From contig CAXXLZ010000002.1 in NCBI GenBank assembly GCA_963675595.2, positions 3,392,001 through 3,456,000 of the forward strand: a stretch of DNA of 64,000 nt, written 5' to 3'. This document shows positions 54,326 to 63,756 of this stretch, piece after piece. Within the stretch, counting starts at the first letter, position 1; every line of letters begins with the position of its first letter. Made by a program: the position numbers and the translations under genes. The stretch comes from Thermodesulfobacteriota bacterium (lineage in GTDB: Bacteria > Desulfobacterota > Desulfarculia > JACQYL01). The notes under the pieces were generated by a model, which was not told the DNA's origin, ran no database searches, and saw only the letters and a list, made by a program, of their open reading frames with translations.

Positions 54326-55342
54326 TCAACCGTGGGTGCGTTCCACAAGGGCCTCTAATTTTTCCATCGCTTTTCCGCCGTCAACGGCATGGTTGGCTTT
54401 GGCGACACCGTCGGCCAGATCCGAAGCCAGGCCCGCCACCATCAACGCGGCGCCTGCGTTGAGCACCGTCACGTCTCTCGCGGCTCCGGATTCCCCCTTG
54501 AGGACTTTCCGAATAATGGAAGCGTTCTCCGGAGCGTCGCCGCCCAGCAGATCGTCCGGATCATAGAGACGATCAATGTACGGGTCGGGTTCCAGGTTGT
54601 AGGTGCGGATCGTTCCATCCTTCAGTTCACACACGCGAGTGGGCCCCGTGACCGTGATTTCGTCCAGGCCGTCCATTCCGTGGACCACCATGGCGCGTTC
54701 ACTGCCGAGTTCCGCGAGCACCTGTGCGAACATCTCGGTAAGCGTGGGATGAAACACGCCCAGCAACTGGGCCGACGCTCCCGCGGGGTTGGACAGAGGA
54801 CCCAACAAATTGAACAAGGTTCGAATCCCCAATTCCTTGCGGGGCCCCACCGCGTGTTTCATCGCAGGGTGGAGTTTGGGGGCGAAGAGAAACCCGATGC
54901 CGATTTCCGTCACGCATTCCTCGACCAAATCGGGTTCCGCATCGAGATTCACCCCGAGTTCGGCGAGCACGTCGGCGCTTCCGCAACGGCTGGATACGGA
55001 GCGATTTCCGTGTTTGGCCACCACCGCCCCGGCTCCGGCGGCTACGAGAGCCGCGGCCGTGGAAATGTTGAACGTGTTCTTACCGTCCCCTCCCGTGCCG
55101 CAGGTGTCCACAATGGTAGCGCCCCTGCAGTCCAATCTCACCGCCTTCTGCCGCATGATCCGCGCGGCGGCGGCCACTTCCGAGCTGCGCTCCCCTTTGA
55201 TGCGCATGCCCATAAGGAATCCGCCGATTTGGGCCTGTGTGGCTTCTCCATCCATGATGCTTTCCATGGTGGATTCCATAAGACCGGGGGAGAGGTCCTT
55301 TCCTTCGGCAAGCAGACTTACGGCTTCCTGAATGGGTTTCAT
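54326..55342 (-). CDS. trpD: Anthranilate phosphoribosyltransferase
   Basis: DTCGTGGDG, NIST, KHGNRS, GLDE; ATGA overlap with trpG. Confidence 0.97.
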   Translation of the reverse strand: MKPIQEAVSLLAEGKDLSPGLMESTMESIMDGEATQAQIGGFLMGMRIKGERSSEVAAAARIMRQKAVRLDCRGATIVDTCGTGGDGKNTFNISTAAALVAAGAGAVVAKHGNRSVSSRCGSADVLAELGVNLDAEPDLVEECVTEIGIGFLFAPKLHPAMKHAVGPRKELGIRTLFNLLGPLSNPAGASAQLLGVFHPTLTEMFAQVLAELGSERAMVVHGMDGLDEITVTGPTRVCELKDGTIRTYNLEPDPYIDRLYDPDDLLGGDAPENASIIRKVLKGESGAARDVTVLNAGAALMVAGLASDLADGVAKANHAVDGGKAMEKLEALVERTHG

Positions 55343-55950
55343 GCGTGGCCTCCTTGTACTTTCAGTGGTGGGGTCCTTTGCTCTTCGGCCAAATCGAGGA
55401 AATTGCGAAGGAGCCGTTTTCCGCTTTGGGTCAACACGGACTCGGGATGAAATTGGACTCCCTCGATGGGGAGCTCCACATGGCGGACTCCCATGATCTC
55501 CCCATGCTCCGAACGGCACGTGACTTCAAGACAGCTCGGCAGCGAGTTCTCCTCGATGAGCAGGGAGTGATATCTACCCGCCACGAAAGGATTTCTCAGT
55601 CCCCGGAACACCCCTTTACCGTCATGGGTCATTTGGGAGGTCTTTCCGTGCATGATCCGCTCCCCTCGGATGATTTTGGCCCCGAATGCCTGACCGATGG
55701 CCTGATGACCCAAACAGACTCCGAGAATGGGAACTTGTCCGGAGGCGAGTCGCAACAATTCCAGGGTGATGCCGGCACTGTCCGGATTTCCGGGTCCGGG
55801 GGAGATGAGGATCGCTTCAGGCTCCATCTCCAGCACTTCGGCCGGTGTGATCCGGTCGTTGCGTATGACTCGAACTTCCCGTCCCAGGGTGCCCAAATAC
55901 TGGTACAGGTTGAAGGTGAACGAATCGTAGTTGTCCAGAAGAAAGATCAT
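55339..55950 (-). CDS. trpG: Anthranilate synthase component II
   Basis: DNYDSF, SPGPG, GVCLGHQ, QFHPES; GGAGG before ATG 55950. Confidence 0.96.
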   Translation of the reverse strand: MIFLLDNYDSFTFNLYQYLGTLGREVRVIRNDRITPAEVLEMEPEAILISPGPGNPDSAGITLELLRLASGQVPILGVCLGHQAIGQAFGAKIIRGERIMHGKTSQMTHDGKGVFRGLRNPFVAGRYHSLLIEENSLPSCLEVTCRSEHGEIMGVRHVELPIEGVQFHPESVLTQSGKRLLRNFLDLAEEQRTPPLKVQGGHA

Positions 55951-56065
55951 GACCTCCTCCAATGTAAATTAGGTGACGCCTCTCCGTATTTGTTTCAGGG
56001 ATGTTTGGAGAACTCGAACTCGCAGCTTTTACCGGGCTCTTTCCATTGCGGAACATCCCCGTTTT

Positions 56066-57571
56066 TCATTCGCCCAGTCTGAGACCCGCGGAAGTGAGCG
56101 CAACCGCACGCCCCATAGCTCCGCCCTTGGCCTTGGTTTCTTGGCTTTCGCTTTCCGGAACCGAATCGAAAACGATTCCCGCACCCGCTCTCCACGACAG
56201 CCGGTCCCCCTTCTGAACAAGGGTGCGGATGGTGATGCACAAGTCCATCTCTCCGTTGAATCCGATGTAGCCCACGGCCCCCCCGTAAGGTCCTCTGGGT
56301 TCGGTCTCCAGTTCGTGAATGATTTCCATGGCGCGCACTTTGGGCGCTCCGGAGAGGGTGCCCGCGGGGAACGTGGCCGCGATGACGTCGAAACAGTCCT
56401 TGTCCCGCTCCAGTTCACCCGTGACGTTGGACACCAGGTGCATCACGTGGGAATAGCGTTCCACGGTCATGTATTGGTTCACCTGCACGGTCCCGATCTG
56501 GGCGATTCTTCCCACGTCGTTTCTCGCCAAATCCACGAGCATTACGTGTTCCGCCCGCTCTTTGGGATCGTTGAGCAGGTCGTCGGCCAATGCCCGGTCC
56601 TCGGTTTCCCCTTCACCTCGAGGCCGCGTGCCGGCGATGGGCCGCACCGTCACCCGGTTTCCCTCCTTACGCACCATGACCTCCGGGGACGAGCCGATCA
56701 GATTCAGGTCCGGGGTCTTGAGCAGGAAAAGATACGGGGAGGGATTCACGTAGCGCAGGGCCCGGTAGAGGTCTTCGCACGGCACGTCGAGGTTCGCGAA
56801 AAACTCTCTGGAGATGACCACCTGAATGGCTTCCCCGGACCGGATGTATTCCTTGACGGTATCAACCTGTTTCTTGAAGACTTCGTCTTTCGGATGTACG
56901 TCCACCGCCGGAGGGTCCGCACGAAACGGTTTGGAGGACCCGTCCGCTCTTTCGATGCGGTCCGTGAGGGCGTCGATACGTTTCACGGCGTCGTCGTAGG
57001 CTTCTTCCGGCGAGCCTCCGTCGACGTAGGCGTTCACCACGAGCTTCATGGTATGGCGTACATTGTCGAAAACGATGAGGTCCTTCACCAGCATCAAATA
57101 GGCCAAGGGCAGAGGTTCGGCCTCTTTCTTCAAAGGCGGCATGCGTTCCATGAAATGAACGATTTCGTAGGCCAGATAGCCTACCAGGCCGCTGTGGAAC
57201 CTGGGCAGCCCTTCCACCTCGGCCGGCTGGAACCTCGCGACCTGATTTCGTATGAAATCCATGGGGTTGCCCTCCACCGGGAACTCTTCCATTGCGCCCT
57301 CGTACGCCACTCGAGCCGATCCCGGATACAGGGTGATGTGACCGGCGGGTTCCAATCCCAGGATACTGTACCGCCCCCACCGCTCTCCGCCTTCCACGCT
57401 TTCCAGAAGAAACCGCACTTCGTCCCGAAGTTTGTAAACGAGCCCGACCGGAGTGTCCCGGTCCGCCAGCACCTCGCGATATACCGGCACCACGTTCGCC
57501 CGTTGCGCCAGCTTGATGAATCTTTCCTTGTCCACACCCGCCTCCCGGATGATAAAGCGATGATGATTCAT
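56066..57571 (-). CDS. trpE: Anthranilate synthase component I
   Basis: FLLES, NPSPY, SSPE, IAGT, EHVMLVDLARND, PAGTLSGAPK. Confidence 0.97.
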   Translation of the reverse strand: MNHHRFIIREAGVDKERFIKLAQRANVVPVYREVLADRDTPVGLVYKLRDEVRFLLESVEGGERWGRYSILGLEPAGHITLYPGSARVAYEGAMEEFPVEGNPMDFIRNQVARFQPAEVEGLPRFHSGLVGYLAYEIVHFMERMPPLKKEAEPLPLAYLMLVKDLIVFDNVRHTMKLVVNAYVDGGSPEEAYDDAVKRIDALTDRIERADGSSKPFRADPPAVDVHPKDEVFKKQVDTVKEYIRSGEAIQVVISREFFANLDVPCEDLYRALRYVNPSPYLFLLKTPDLNLIGSSPEVMVRKEGNRVTVRPIAGTRPRGEGETEDRALADDLLNDPKERAEHVMLVDLARNDVGRIAQIGTVQVNQYMTVERYSHVMHLVSNVTGELERDKDCFDVIAATFPAGTLSGAPKVRAMEIIHELETEPRGPYGGAVGYIGFNGEMDLCITIRTLVQKGDRLSWRAGAGIVFDSVPESESQETKAKGGAMGRAVALTSAGLRLGE

Positions 57572-57623
57572 GTGGAAAACTCGCTCCAGGCGGTTTCCCT
57601 CAACAACCCAAATGAACGGTCAC

Positions 57624-57659
57624 AAAAAAACGCGGACGGCTTTCCGGCCACCCGCGTTT
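57624..57659 (-). terminator. trp leader terminator T2
   Basis: RNA AAACGCGGGUGGC-CGGAAA-GCCGUCCGCG-UUUUUUU. Confidence 0.8.
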
Positions 57660-57664
57660 CCTGG

Positions 57665-57697
57665 AAACAAAAAGGGCGGCCCCCGAGGGGACCGCCC
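57665..57697 (-). terminator. trp leader terminator T1 (attenuator)
   Basis: RNA GGGCGGUCCC-CUCG-GGGGCCGCCC-UUUUUGUUU. Confidence 0.85.
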
Positions 57698-57720
57698 GGA
57701 ACTTCGATGTCATCTATCGG

Positions 57721-57792
57721 TTAAAGGCAGACCCCTCCTATGTGACTGAGCCACCACCAGTTGTTCAACTTTTTGAAACCGAAAGAGTTCAT
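57721..57792 (-). CDS. trpL: trp operon leader peptide MNSFGFKKLNNWWWLSHIGGVCL
   Basis: 23-aa ORF with three tandem TGG codons, AAGGA RBS, directly upstream of the terminators and trpE. Confidence 0.9.
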   Translation of the reverse strand: MNSFGFKKLNNWWWLSHIGGVCL

Positions 57793-57822
57793 GGTCTTCC
57801 TTCACCGAATAATTGAAGCCGT

Positions 57823-57850
57823 AGTATATCGCATGGGGTCGGTTTGTCAA
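57823..57850 (-). promoter_or_regulatory. Sigma70-type promoter of the trp leader
   Basis: TTGACA (57850-57845), 16-nt spacer, TATACT (57828-57823). Confidence 0.7.
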
Positions 57851-57976
57851 GGGGATTTGTTGACAGGGAATTTGTTGAGGGAATTTCGACTGGAGTTCTG
57901 CAGATTCCGGAAAAGAAAAGAAGGGGGCAACGATTTGTCGCCCTCGATATCCCGCCTTCGTTGAAAAATAACTACA

Positions 57977-58441
57977 TTAGTATATTAATATACTCGAAAT
58001 TATCATATCCCCCCGAAGTCTTATTCCAGATATGTTAAAAAATTTCCATCCCTTATTCTTATAAAAGGTGTCTATAATGGAATTAGGTACATCTATAGTA
58101 TATATGTCAAATCCTGCCTCGTTTGAAAATGAAGTAGGCGGGATCATATATTCGATCTGGCCATATTTCCTTACACTCGAATGCTCTTGGCCTATATTTA
58201 ACCATACGTCTTTGTATTTATCTTCTTCTAAAATTACAGTAGTTCTAACATAAATTGCTGTATTTAATAATGGCAGTAGCCTGAAGGTTACATTTTGAAA
58301 TGAGTTTTGCGGATTCTGTAGCGAGTAATCAATATGGTAGTCTTCTGATGCTTTGATATATAAAGCTGAGCCCCAAGAAAAATTACTTACCAGGTTAAAT
58401 GAAACCGCTCGTTTTTGTCCGATAGTCCAGCCGTTTTTCAT
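57977..58441 (-). CDS. AT-rich hypothetical protein; either a separate gene or the C-terminal part of the disrupted gene upstream
   Basis: 154-aa ORF; frame stays open upstream to 58504. Confidence 0.55.
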   Translation of the reverse strand: MKNGWTIGQKRAVSFNLVSNFSWGSALYIKASEDYHIDYSLQNPQNSFQNVTFRLLPLLNTAIYVRTTVILEEDKYKDVWLNIGQEHSSVRKYGQIEYMIPPTSFSNEAGFDIYTIDVPNSIIDTFYKNKGWKFFNISGIRLRGDMIISSILIY

Positions 58442-58524
58442 GGGCGATTCTGGCAGATAGGAAAAATTGATATCAATACAACTATCTGTTGTTGCATTAA
58501 TTGGTTATCCTGATATGATATTTA

Positions 58525-58712
58525 ATTGTGTGTCGGTGTTATTGTGTGTCGGTGTTATTGTGTGTCGGTGTTATTGTGTGTCGGTGTTATTGTGTGTCGG
58601 TGTTATTGTGTGTCGGTGTTATTGTGTGTCGGTGTTATTGTGTGTCGGTGTTATTGTGTGTCGGTGTTATTGTGTGTCGGTGTTATTGTGTGTCGGTGTT
58701 ATTGTGTATCGG
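58525..58712. repeat. Tandem repeat: 11 perfect copies of attgtgtgtcggtgtt (16 bp) plus one partial copy
   Basis: Units start at 58525+16n through 58700; partial attgtgtatcgg at 58701-58712. Confidence 0.98.
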
Positions 58713-59224
58713 CTTGCTATGCTGCTTTAATTTTGCTAAATAGATCAATGCTACTATTGCAGATATTATGGATATTAAGGTAATAGCAATTATGATGATC
58801 GGTTTGGCAAACTGGCCGTTGCTTCCGCTACGTGAGTACTTGTTGTTTAGGTGTAGGTCTAATGATTTGCCTATAAGCTTCCATTGGCCAATCTCTTCTT
58901 CTGAAGAAAGTGTGGATGTTGTGTTTATGATTAATAACGATATAACCACAAATTCTGATGGATTGAATACTCCAATGTCCGATAGCAGTACTTCTTTTCT
59001 ATTTGGGTGTAATTCAATGCCCCTTACAGCGAAATTGGGGGATTTGTATTCAATTGATGCATCGATAACCTCAAATTCAGAAGGATATGTAATTCCAGGC
59101 GGGAGTTCGAACCTGTCGATCCCCTTTCTTCCAGTGTTCTCTATTCTCCATAGTACTTTTGTTATGCTCCTTATGTTTTTTTCTCTGAAAACCATGCTAA
59201 TATTTAATGTGTTATTATCTTTAA

Positions 59225-60774
59225 CTAGAGTTTAGAGCCATGCGGGGCAGCCAAGTTTGTATAGAAGAGCATAGTTCTCCAAGACGGGTTGAATACCGTT
59301 GACGTAAGGCTTTGAGATGATTGACTGAACACGGATATCAGGCAGCGCGCCCCAAGTCTTCCGGAGAATCGGTGAATTCCGGTTGGAATTTTTTGGATTT
59401 CCGGTTCCACATGGCTCGCACGTTTAAGTTGCCGAAAAGACGACCGATGGCTGCGGCCATCCAGCCGGCGGTGGCGGGCCTGTTCTTTCTCCAAGGGATT
59501 GGAAACATCGTATAGGCCGCGTTGGGACCCAGGCAGAGCGCCAAGAGCCGTGGCAAGCCGTAGGCCAGGCACAAGATCATGCTCCATCGAGCCAATGTCT
59601 GCCGTGTCTGCTGCCAAGCATTTTTCAGTCCGAACAGGTGCTTGATCTCGTTGAACATGGGCTCGGTCCACCATCGTCGTGCATAGCGTGTAATCACTTC
59701 CGCGCCGTCCATGTCGGGATCGGTACTGATCAGAAGATGCCAATCGGACCAAGAGGGGTTGTCGGACATAAACCGGCACCACACGATCTTGCACAACCGG
59801 CCGTCCAGGAAGCGGACTTTGGCTTTGGTTTGGTAGAACTGGAAAACTCGTTCCGAGCCGTAGGCAAAGAGGGTTTTCTCCACCGGACGACAGAATCGTC
59901 CGATGTTTTCCAACGTGAGTTTTTCCCCATACTTTCTGGGTCTGCCCCGTTTCTTCCGAGGCGGATTGTCCGGAGGCAAAAACAGGGCGGTATCTTTGCG
60001 GACTTGGCCGATGACCGTCACACCATCGCGAATCAGGGGAACCACCAGGGAGCTTTTCATATACCAGGCATCGAGCAGCAGAATAATGAGAAAGCGATCC
60101 GGCAGCCAAGTCATGAGAACGGACATCAAGAGCCGCGCCGCGTCCAGTTTGGTGGTGTTCCCTTTTTTGCGGATGAGCCGAAACAAGAGGGGAAACGCGG
60201 CTACCCGGCCCTTGTGGCGGCAGATGACAGCCAGAGAAACCCGAAGCTGTCCCCACAGGAATTTGGGGCGGTTGGGCCGGTGCGCGTGATCGTAATGCCA
60301 ACCGGCGCAGGGAGCTTTCTTGGACGATCTGGGCAAAGGGAAGTCGTCTATGGCGAACTCGATGGATCGGTTTGGAATCCGTTTCAGGATCAGGCGCATC
60401 CATTGCCGGGCTAGCGCAAGCCATTGGAATCGGCCCTTTTCGATGGCCTTGTAATAGGCGGTCCAGGACAACTGGGGCCGAACGGCCAGAAGCGCGGAAG
60501 AAATATGGCCGCCGCGGCAGACCATACATCCCATCAGGAGTTCCAGAAGAGTCGGAGCTATTCTGCACGGAACGGCCTGAAATAGAAAGGAAATCCACTG
60601 CGATAGGAGCATAAGTGCTTGAGCCGTCGAATCCATTGGTTGACCCCCAAGGAAAGGTTTCTTTCCTTAAAGGGCCGCCAAAGGCGGCCGCGCATCCGCG
60701 CGGCAATGTCAAGTACTTTGTTGTCTTTATTCGCATTTTTCCTATACCAAGGGTCGCCAGACTCTAAACTCTAG
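59225..60774 (-). mobile_element. IS element of the IS4/IS701-like DDE group, 1550 bp
   Basis: 13-bp inverted repeats ctagagtttagag / ctctaaactctag; 9-bp target duplication tatctttaa (59216-59224 and 60775-60783). Confidence 0.92.
59338..60636 (-). CDS. DDE transposase (IS701/IS4-like)
   Basis: FAIDD, LLLDAWY, YARRWWTEPMFNEIK (Y-R-E-K signature). Confidence 0.9.
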   Translation of the reverse strand: MDSTAQALMLLSQWISFLFQAVPCRIAPTLLELLMGCMVCRGGHISSALLAVRPQLSWTAYYKAIEKGRFQWLALARQWMRLILKRIPNRSIEFAIDDFPLPRSSKKAPCAGWHYDHAHRPNRPKFLWGQLRVSLAVICRHKGRVAAFPLLFRLIRKKGNTTKLDAARLLMSVLMTWLPDRFLIILLLDAWYMKSSLVVPLIRDGVTVIGQVRKDTALFLPPDNPPRKKRGRPRKYGEKLTLENIGRFCRPVEKTLFAYGSERVFQFYQTKAKVRFLDGRLCKIVWCRFMSDNPSWSDWHLLISTDPDMDGAEVITRYARRWWTEPMFNEIKHLFGLKNAWQQTRQTLARWSMILCLAYGLPRLLALCLGPNAAYTMFPIPWRKNRPATAGWMAAAIGRLFGNLNVRAMWNRKSKKFQPEFTDSPEDLGRAA

Positions 60775-60852
60775 TATCTTTAATTTCCCCTAGTCTTATC
60801 ATGTTTTCATAATATAGGGTTATCTGAAAATCATGAAGAATTAACGGCCTGA

Positions 60853-62683
60853 CTGATCTTTGACAGTTCAAAAAAACTAATGCAGTAATTTCAGCTGCTT
60901 ATACGAAAAAGAAAGGTTTATGGCACTACGTTTTGGTGCTCCTGGAGAGTCTGCAAAGTGGGCGGCGGTTTGAGGCCGACGGCTTGGAAGATGTGGTAGG
61001 CGCGGCCCTGGAATTCCGTTCTGAGGAGGTAGGACTTCTCCGTGACCTGTAGATGGATGGCTTTGAAGGCTTCGAGGTCCAGGAGAACTTGGTCCCAGGG
61101 GATGTCGATTTCTTTGGTCTTGAGCTGTTTCTGCAGCGCGATCTTCAGGTATAGGGCCAGGAAATTGCAGAAGATGTGACCTTGAACGCGTTGACACCGT
61201 TGGTGGAACACGGGCCTGACTTCCAGGGCCGATTTGAGGTCCCGGAAGGCTCTTTCCACCTGCCACAGGCGTTTGTAGGTGACCGCGACTTCATCGGCGG
61301 GAATGTCGGTACTGGTGAGGAGAACATACTTGCCGTCGAAGCGGGCGTCGTCCTTGACCTTGGCGGGATCGATGCGCACGGTTTCCCGGTCGAGCTTGAT
61401 GAATTTCCTGAAGCCCTTGTTTCCCACCAGAGACTGGGGCCCCTGTTTTTTCAGGGTGGTTTTCAGTTTTTCCACAAGGGCCGATCGGGTGGCCTCGTCT
61501 TTGGCCGCTTGGTCTTGGTTGTAACAGAGGACGTAACGGCATCCGTTCAGATGAATCTCCTTGAACCACAAGGTGGGAGTGAGCGCTTGGTAGTAGCCCG
61601 GAGTGTCCACCACTTGGCCTCGGACATCCTGGTAACGGCGCATGGGGATGCCCACGATGTAGTCGATACCGGCACGCTCCAGTTCCACCAGATTGTCGAC
61701 GCCGACCATGCCGCGGTCCGAGACCAGGACCACGTTGTTCAGGGAGAACCGACGCTTGACCAGGGCGATGATGCGTTTGATGGTGGTGACGTCCGCCGTG
61801 TTCCCTTCCCAGAACTGACAGGAAAGGGGATATCCTTTTCGGGACATGACCACACCCACCAACACCTGTTTGCGGTCTGGACGATGGTCCTTGGAGAACC
61901 CGTACCGAGCCAACTCGGCAGGCCCCCGGCCCTCGAAGTAGACCGAGGTGGTGTCGAAGAAAACGAGATCCACCCCGTAATCGAAGAGGTCGCGCCCCCG
62001 ACGGAAAAGTTCCTTCTCGATTTCGGGCTGATATTCGGCCAGGAAATCCATGGATCGATAGAGGTGCTGAAGTTCCAGGTCGTCGAAGCCTTCACCGTGG
62101 ACGTTCTGAATCCAACGGCTCGCGGCGAGATCGGATCCCGGACGGACCAAGCGTTGGCAGACACAGGCAAAGACCGCGCGCTCCAGATCGAAGCGATAAT
62201 CGGAGCGAGAAGCGAGAGATCGGAGTACCACATCGAGCCCCAAGGTCTTCCAGAGTTTCTCGATCACCAGAACGGTTCCCCAGGACTTGGCCCAGTCTGC
62301 CTTGACACTACCTTCCTTATAAAGATTGATGACTTGATTCCGGGTGGAGAACTTGGCGAGACTGGTAAGAACCCCGTCCAAGGCACCCGATTCACGGAGC
62401 TTGTCGAGACGACCCAGTGTACATATAACTTTCTGTTTTACCTTCTTATCCTGGCGATAGTTCTCCACGATCTGAAGATATTCATGCTCGGATCCGCCGC
62501 TTTTGACCTTTTTGACGCGTGCAAACATGAAACAAATTGTACGGAATACAGGTCGGCGGAGTCAAGGAAAAAATCGGACATATTGGCACTACGTTTGGAG
62601 CCTCGGAAAAAGGCCAGCCTAATCATTTCGGTAAGTTAGGCGGGAGAGGCCCACTTTTTCACCCTCCAACTGTCAAAGATGAG
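60853..62683 (-). mobile_element. IS1634-family element, 1831 bp
   Basis: 15/16 inverted repeats ctgatctttgacagtt / aactgtcaaagatgag; 5-bp target duplication cctga (60848-60852 and 62684-62688). Confidence 0.92.
60918..62528 (-). CDS. IS1634-family transposase
   Basis: YLQIVENYR N-terminus, FFDTTS, GFSKDHRPD, SDRG, YKRLWQVERAFRDLK, RPVFH. Confidence 0.92.
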   Translation of the reverse strand: MFARVKKVKSGGSEHEYLQIVENYRQDKKVKQKVICTLGRLDKLRESGALDGVLTSLAKFSTRNQVINLYKEGSVKADWAKSWGTVLVIEKLWKTLGLDVVLRSLASRSDYRFDLERAVFACVCQRLVRPGSDLAASRWIQNVHGEGFDDLELQHLYRSMDFLAEYQPEIEKELFRRGRDLFDYGVDLVFFDTTSVYFEGRGPAELARYGFSKDHRPDRKQVLVGVVMSRKGYPLSCQFWEGNTADVTTIKRIIALVKRRFSLNNVVLVSDRGMVGVDNLVELERAGIDYIVGIPMRRYQDVRGQVVDTPGYYQALTPTLWFKEIHLNGCRYVLCYNQDQAAKDEATRSALVEKLKTTLKKQGPQSLVGNKGFRKFIKLDRETVRIDPAKVKDDARFDGKYVLLTSTDIPADEVAVTYKRLWQVERAFRDLKSALEVRPVFHQRCQRVQGHIFCNFLALYLKIALQKQLKTKEIDIPWDQVLLDLEAFKAIHLQVTEKSYLLRTEFQGRAYHIFQAVGLKPPPTLQTLQEHQNVVP

Positions 62684-63246
62684 CCTGACAAAGTCATAGA
62701 AAAAAGATGCTATAATTGGTACGCAAATGCCAATTGCAGCAATTTTTACAATGCCTCTTAGCATAGAATTCTTGGTATCAGACATATAAGTGTATAAAGT
62801 CCAGAAAGTCGGCCACGTCAAGGGTTGTGTTTCGCCAGTGGATTCGCTGAGTTATCTTCGATGAGGGCCGGATAATAGATGCTTTTCAGCGCCCTATCAG
62901 GAATTTCAGGTATTGTAAAGCATCAAAACGTATTCAGGCAATCCTTACCTATCGTAGCACCTGTTATTTGGGGGAAAGAAGGTCTTTTTGAAAGATAGGT
63001 CGTTAGCTCTACATATGAGTGTGTTTAGACGGGATGCTGGGCATCAAAAGGCAAGGAAACGCTTGGGCAGGGTGATCAAGTGATTCCATGCAGTTGCGGG
63101 GAATCGTTTTCGGAGCAGTGATAACGAACTATGACGCGGTGGGTCATAATGTTGCTATCGCTGAGGCTATTGGGATGTTGGACCGCGGGCTGCAAGAAGG
63201 CTATGATCGTTATGCAAGAGCTTGGCGGTTGGTCTAATAAGGCCCC

Positions 63247-63756
63247 CTACTCCGTCAACAAAAGGCCCTGTTGAGCCAGGGCTGTCTGCGCCGCCCGCAG
63301 ATCCGAGGCCTTGTCGTAATCCAGGGTGTGGAGGTGCAGCCCGTGGGTGAGAGAGGAGAGCAATGAGGTTTTCTGCGCCCTTAATCGGGCCATGAAGCGT
63401 TGCACATCCTCGGCGGTGCGCATCATCAGGTTTCCCCGCAGCTCCCCGTAGAGCGGGTGATCCACGATTACGTCCACCACCGTAATGCCCAGATTGACCA
63501 ACAGGAGGAGCTCGTCTTCGGTTTCGTGCGGGGCGTGGCGGACGGCGATCACCGTGCGGAGGCTTGAGGAGCGATGGGCTCCTTGAAGCAGGTAGCCCTG
63601 GGGCGTGGCGAGAATTTGGTTGCCTTCGGCCCGGAGGAGGGCGATGTCCTGAACGATCACCTGACGACTCACCCCGGTTCGACGCGCCAATTCTCCACCC
63701 GTAAGCCCGTGGGGGCTTTGGCGGAGTAAATCCAAAATATGGTCCCGACGCTCCAT
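63247..63756 (-). CDS. niaR: NiaR/NadR-type transcriptional repressor (HTH plus 3H domain)
   Basis: GVSRQVIVQDIALLR, ATPQGY, HPLYG, GLHLHT; start moved to ATG 63756. Confidence 0.85.
   Translation of the reverse strand: MERRDHILDLLRQSPHGLTGGELARRTGVSRQVIVQDIALLRAEGNQILATPQGYLLQGAHRSSSLRTVIAVRHAPHETEDELLLLVNLGITVVDVIVDHPLYGELRGNLMMRTAEDVQRFMARLRAQKTSLLSSLTHGLHLHTLDYDKASDLRAAQTALAQQGLLLTE

Larger units (their letters stand above)
58683..62785 (-). pseudogene. Two-TM membrane protein gene split by two IS insertions (fragments 62785-62689, 60852-60784, 59224-58683)
   Basis: Removing each IS plus one target duplication gives a continuous 235-aa frame MSDTKNSMLRGIVKIAAIGICVPIIASFFYDFVRPLILHDFQITLYYENMIRLGEIKDNNTLNISMVFREKN...HNNTDTQ. 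Confidence 0.85.

Noticed and set aside
55973-57724. Long antisense ORFs (also 8445-9815, 17570-18979, 21201-22682, 26144-27637, 61176-62639)
   Set aside because: Shadow frames opposite well-supported GC-rich genes
58525-58712. CRISPR array, or Cys/Val-rich proteins on the + strand
   Set aside because: Units are contiguous with no spacers and no cas genes are present; the + strand ORFs are translations of the repeat
59225-60736. 503-aa alternative-frame ORF spanning the whole IS
   Set aside because: Overlaps the DDE transposase, is Arg/Pro/Ser-rich and has no motifs; probably a codon-bias shadow
59225-62683. Composite transposon or nested IS
   Set aside because: The two IS elements are from different families, each has its own target duplication, and 69 bp of the target gene separates them
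63088-63237. 49-aa + strand ORF MQLRGIVFGAV...
   Set aside because: No clear RBS and no recognisable motif
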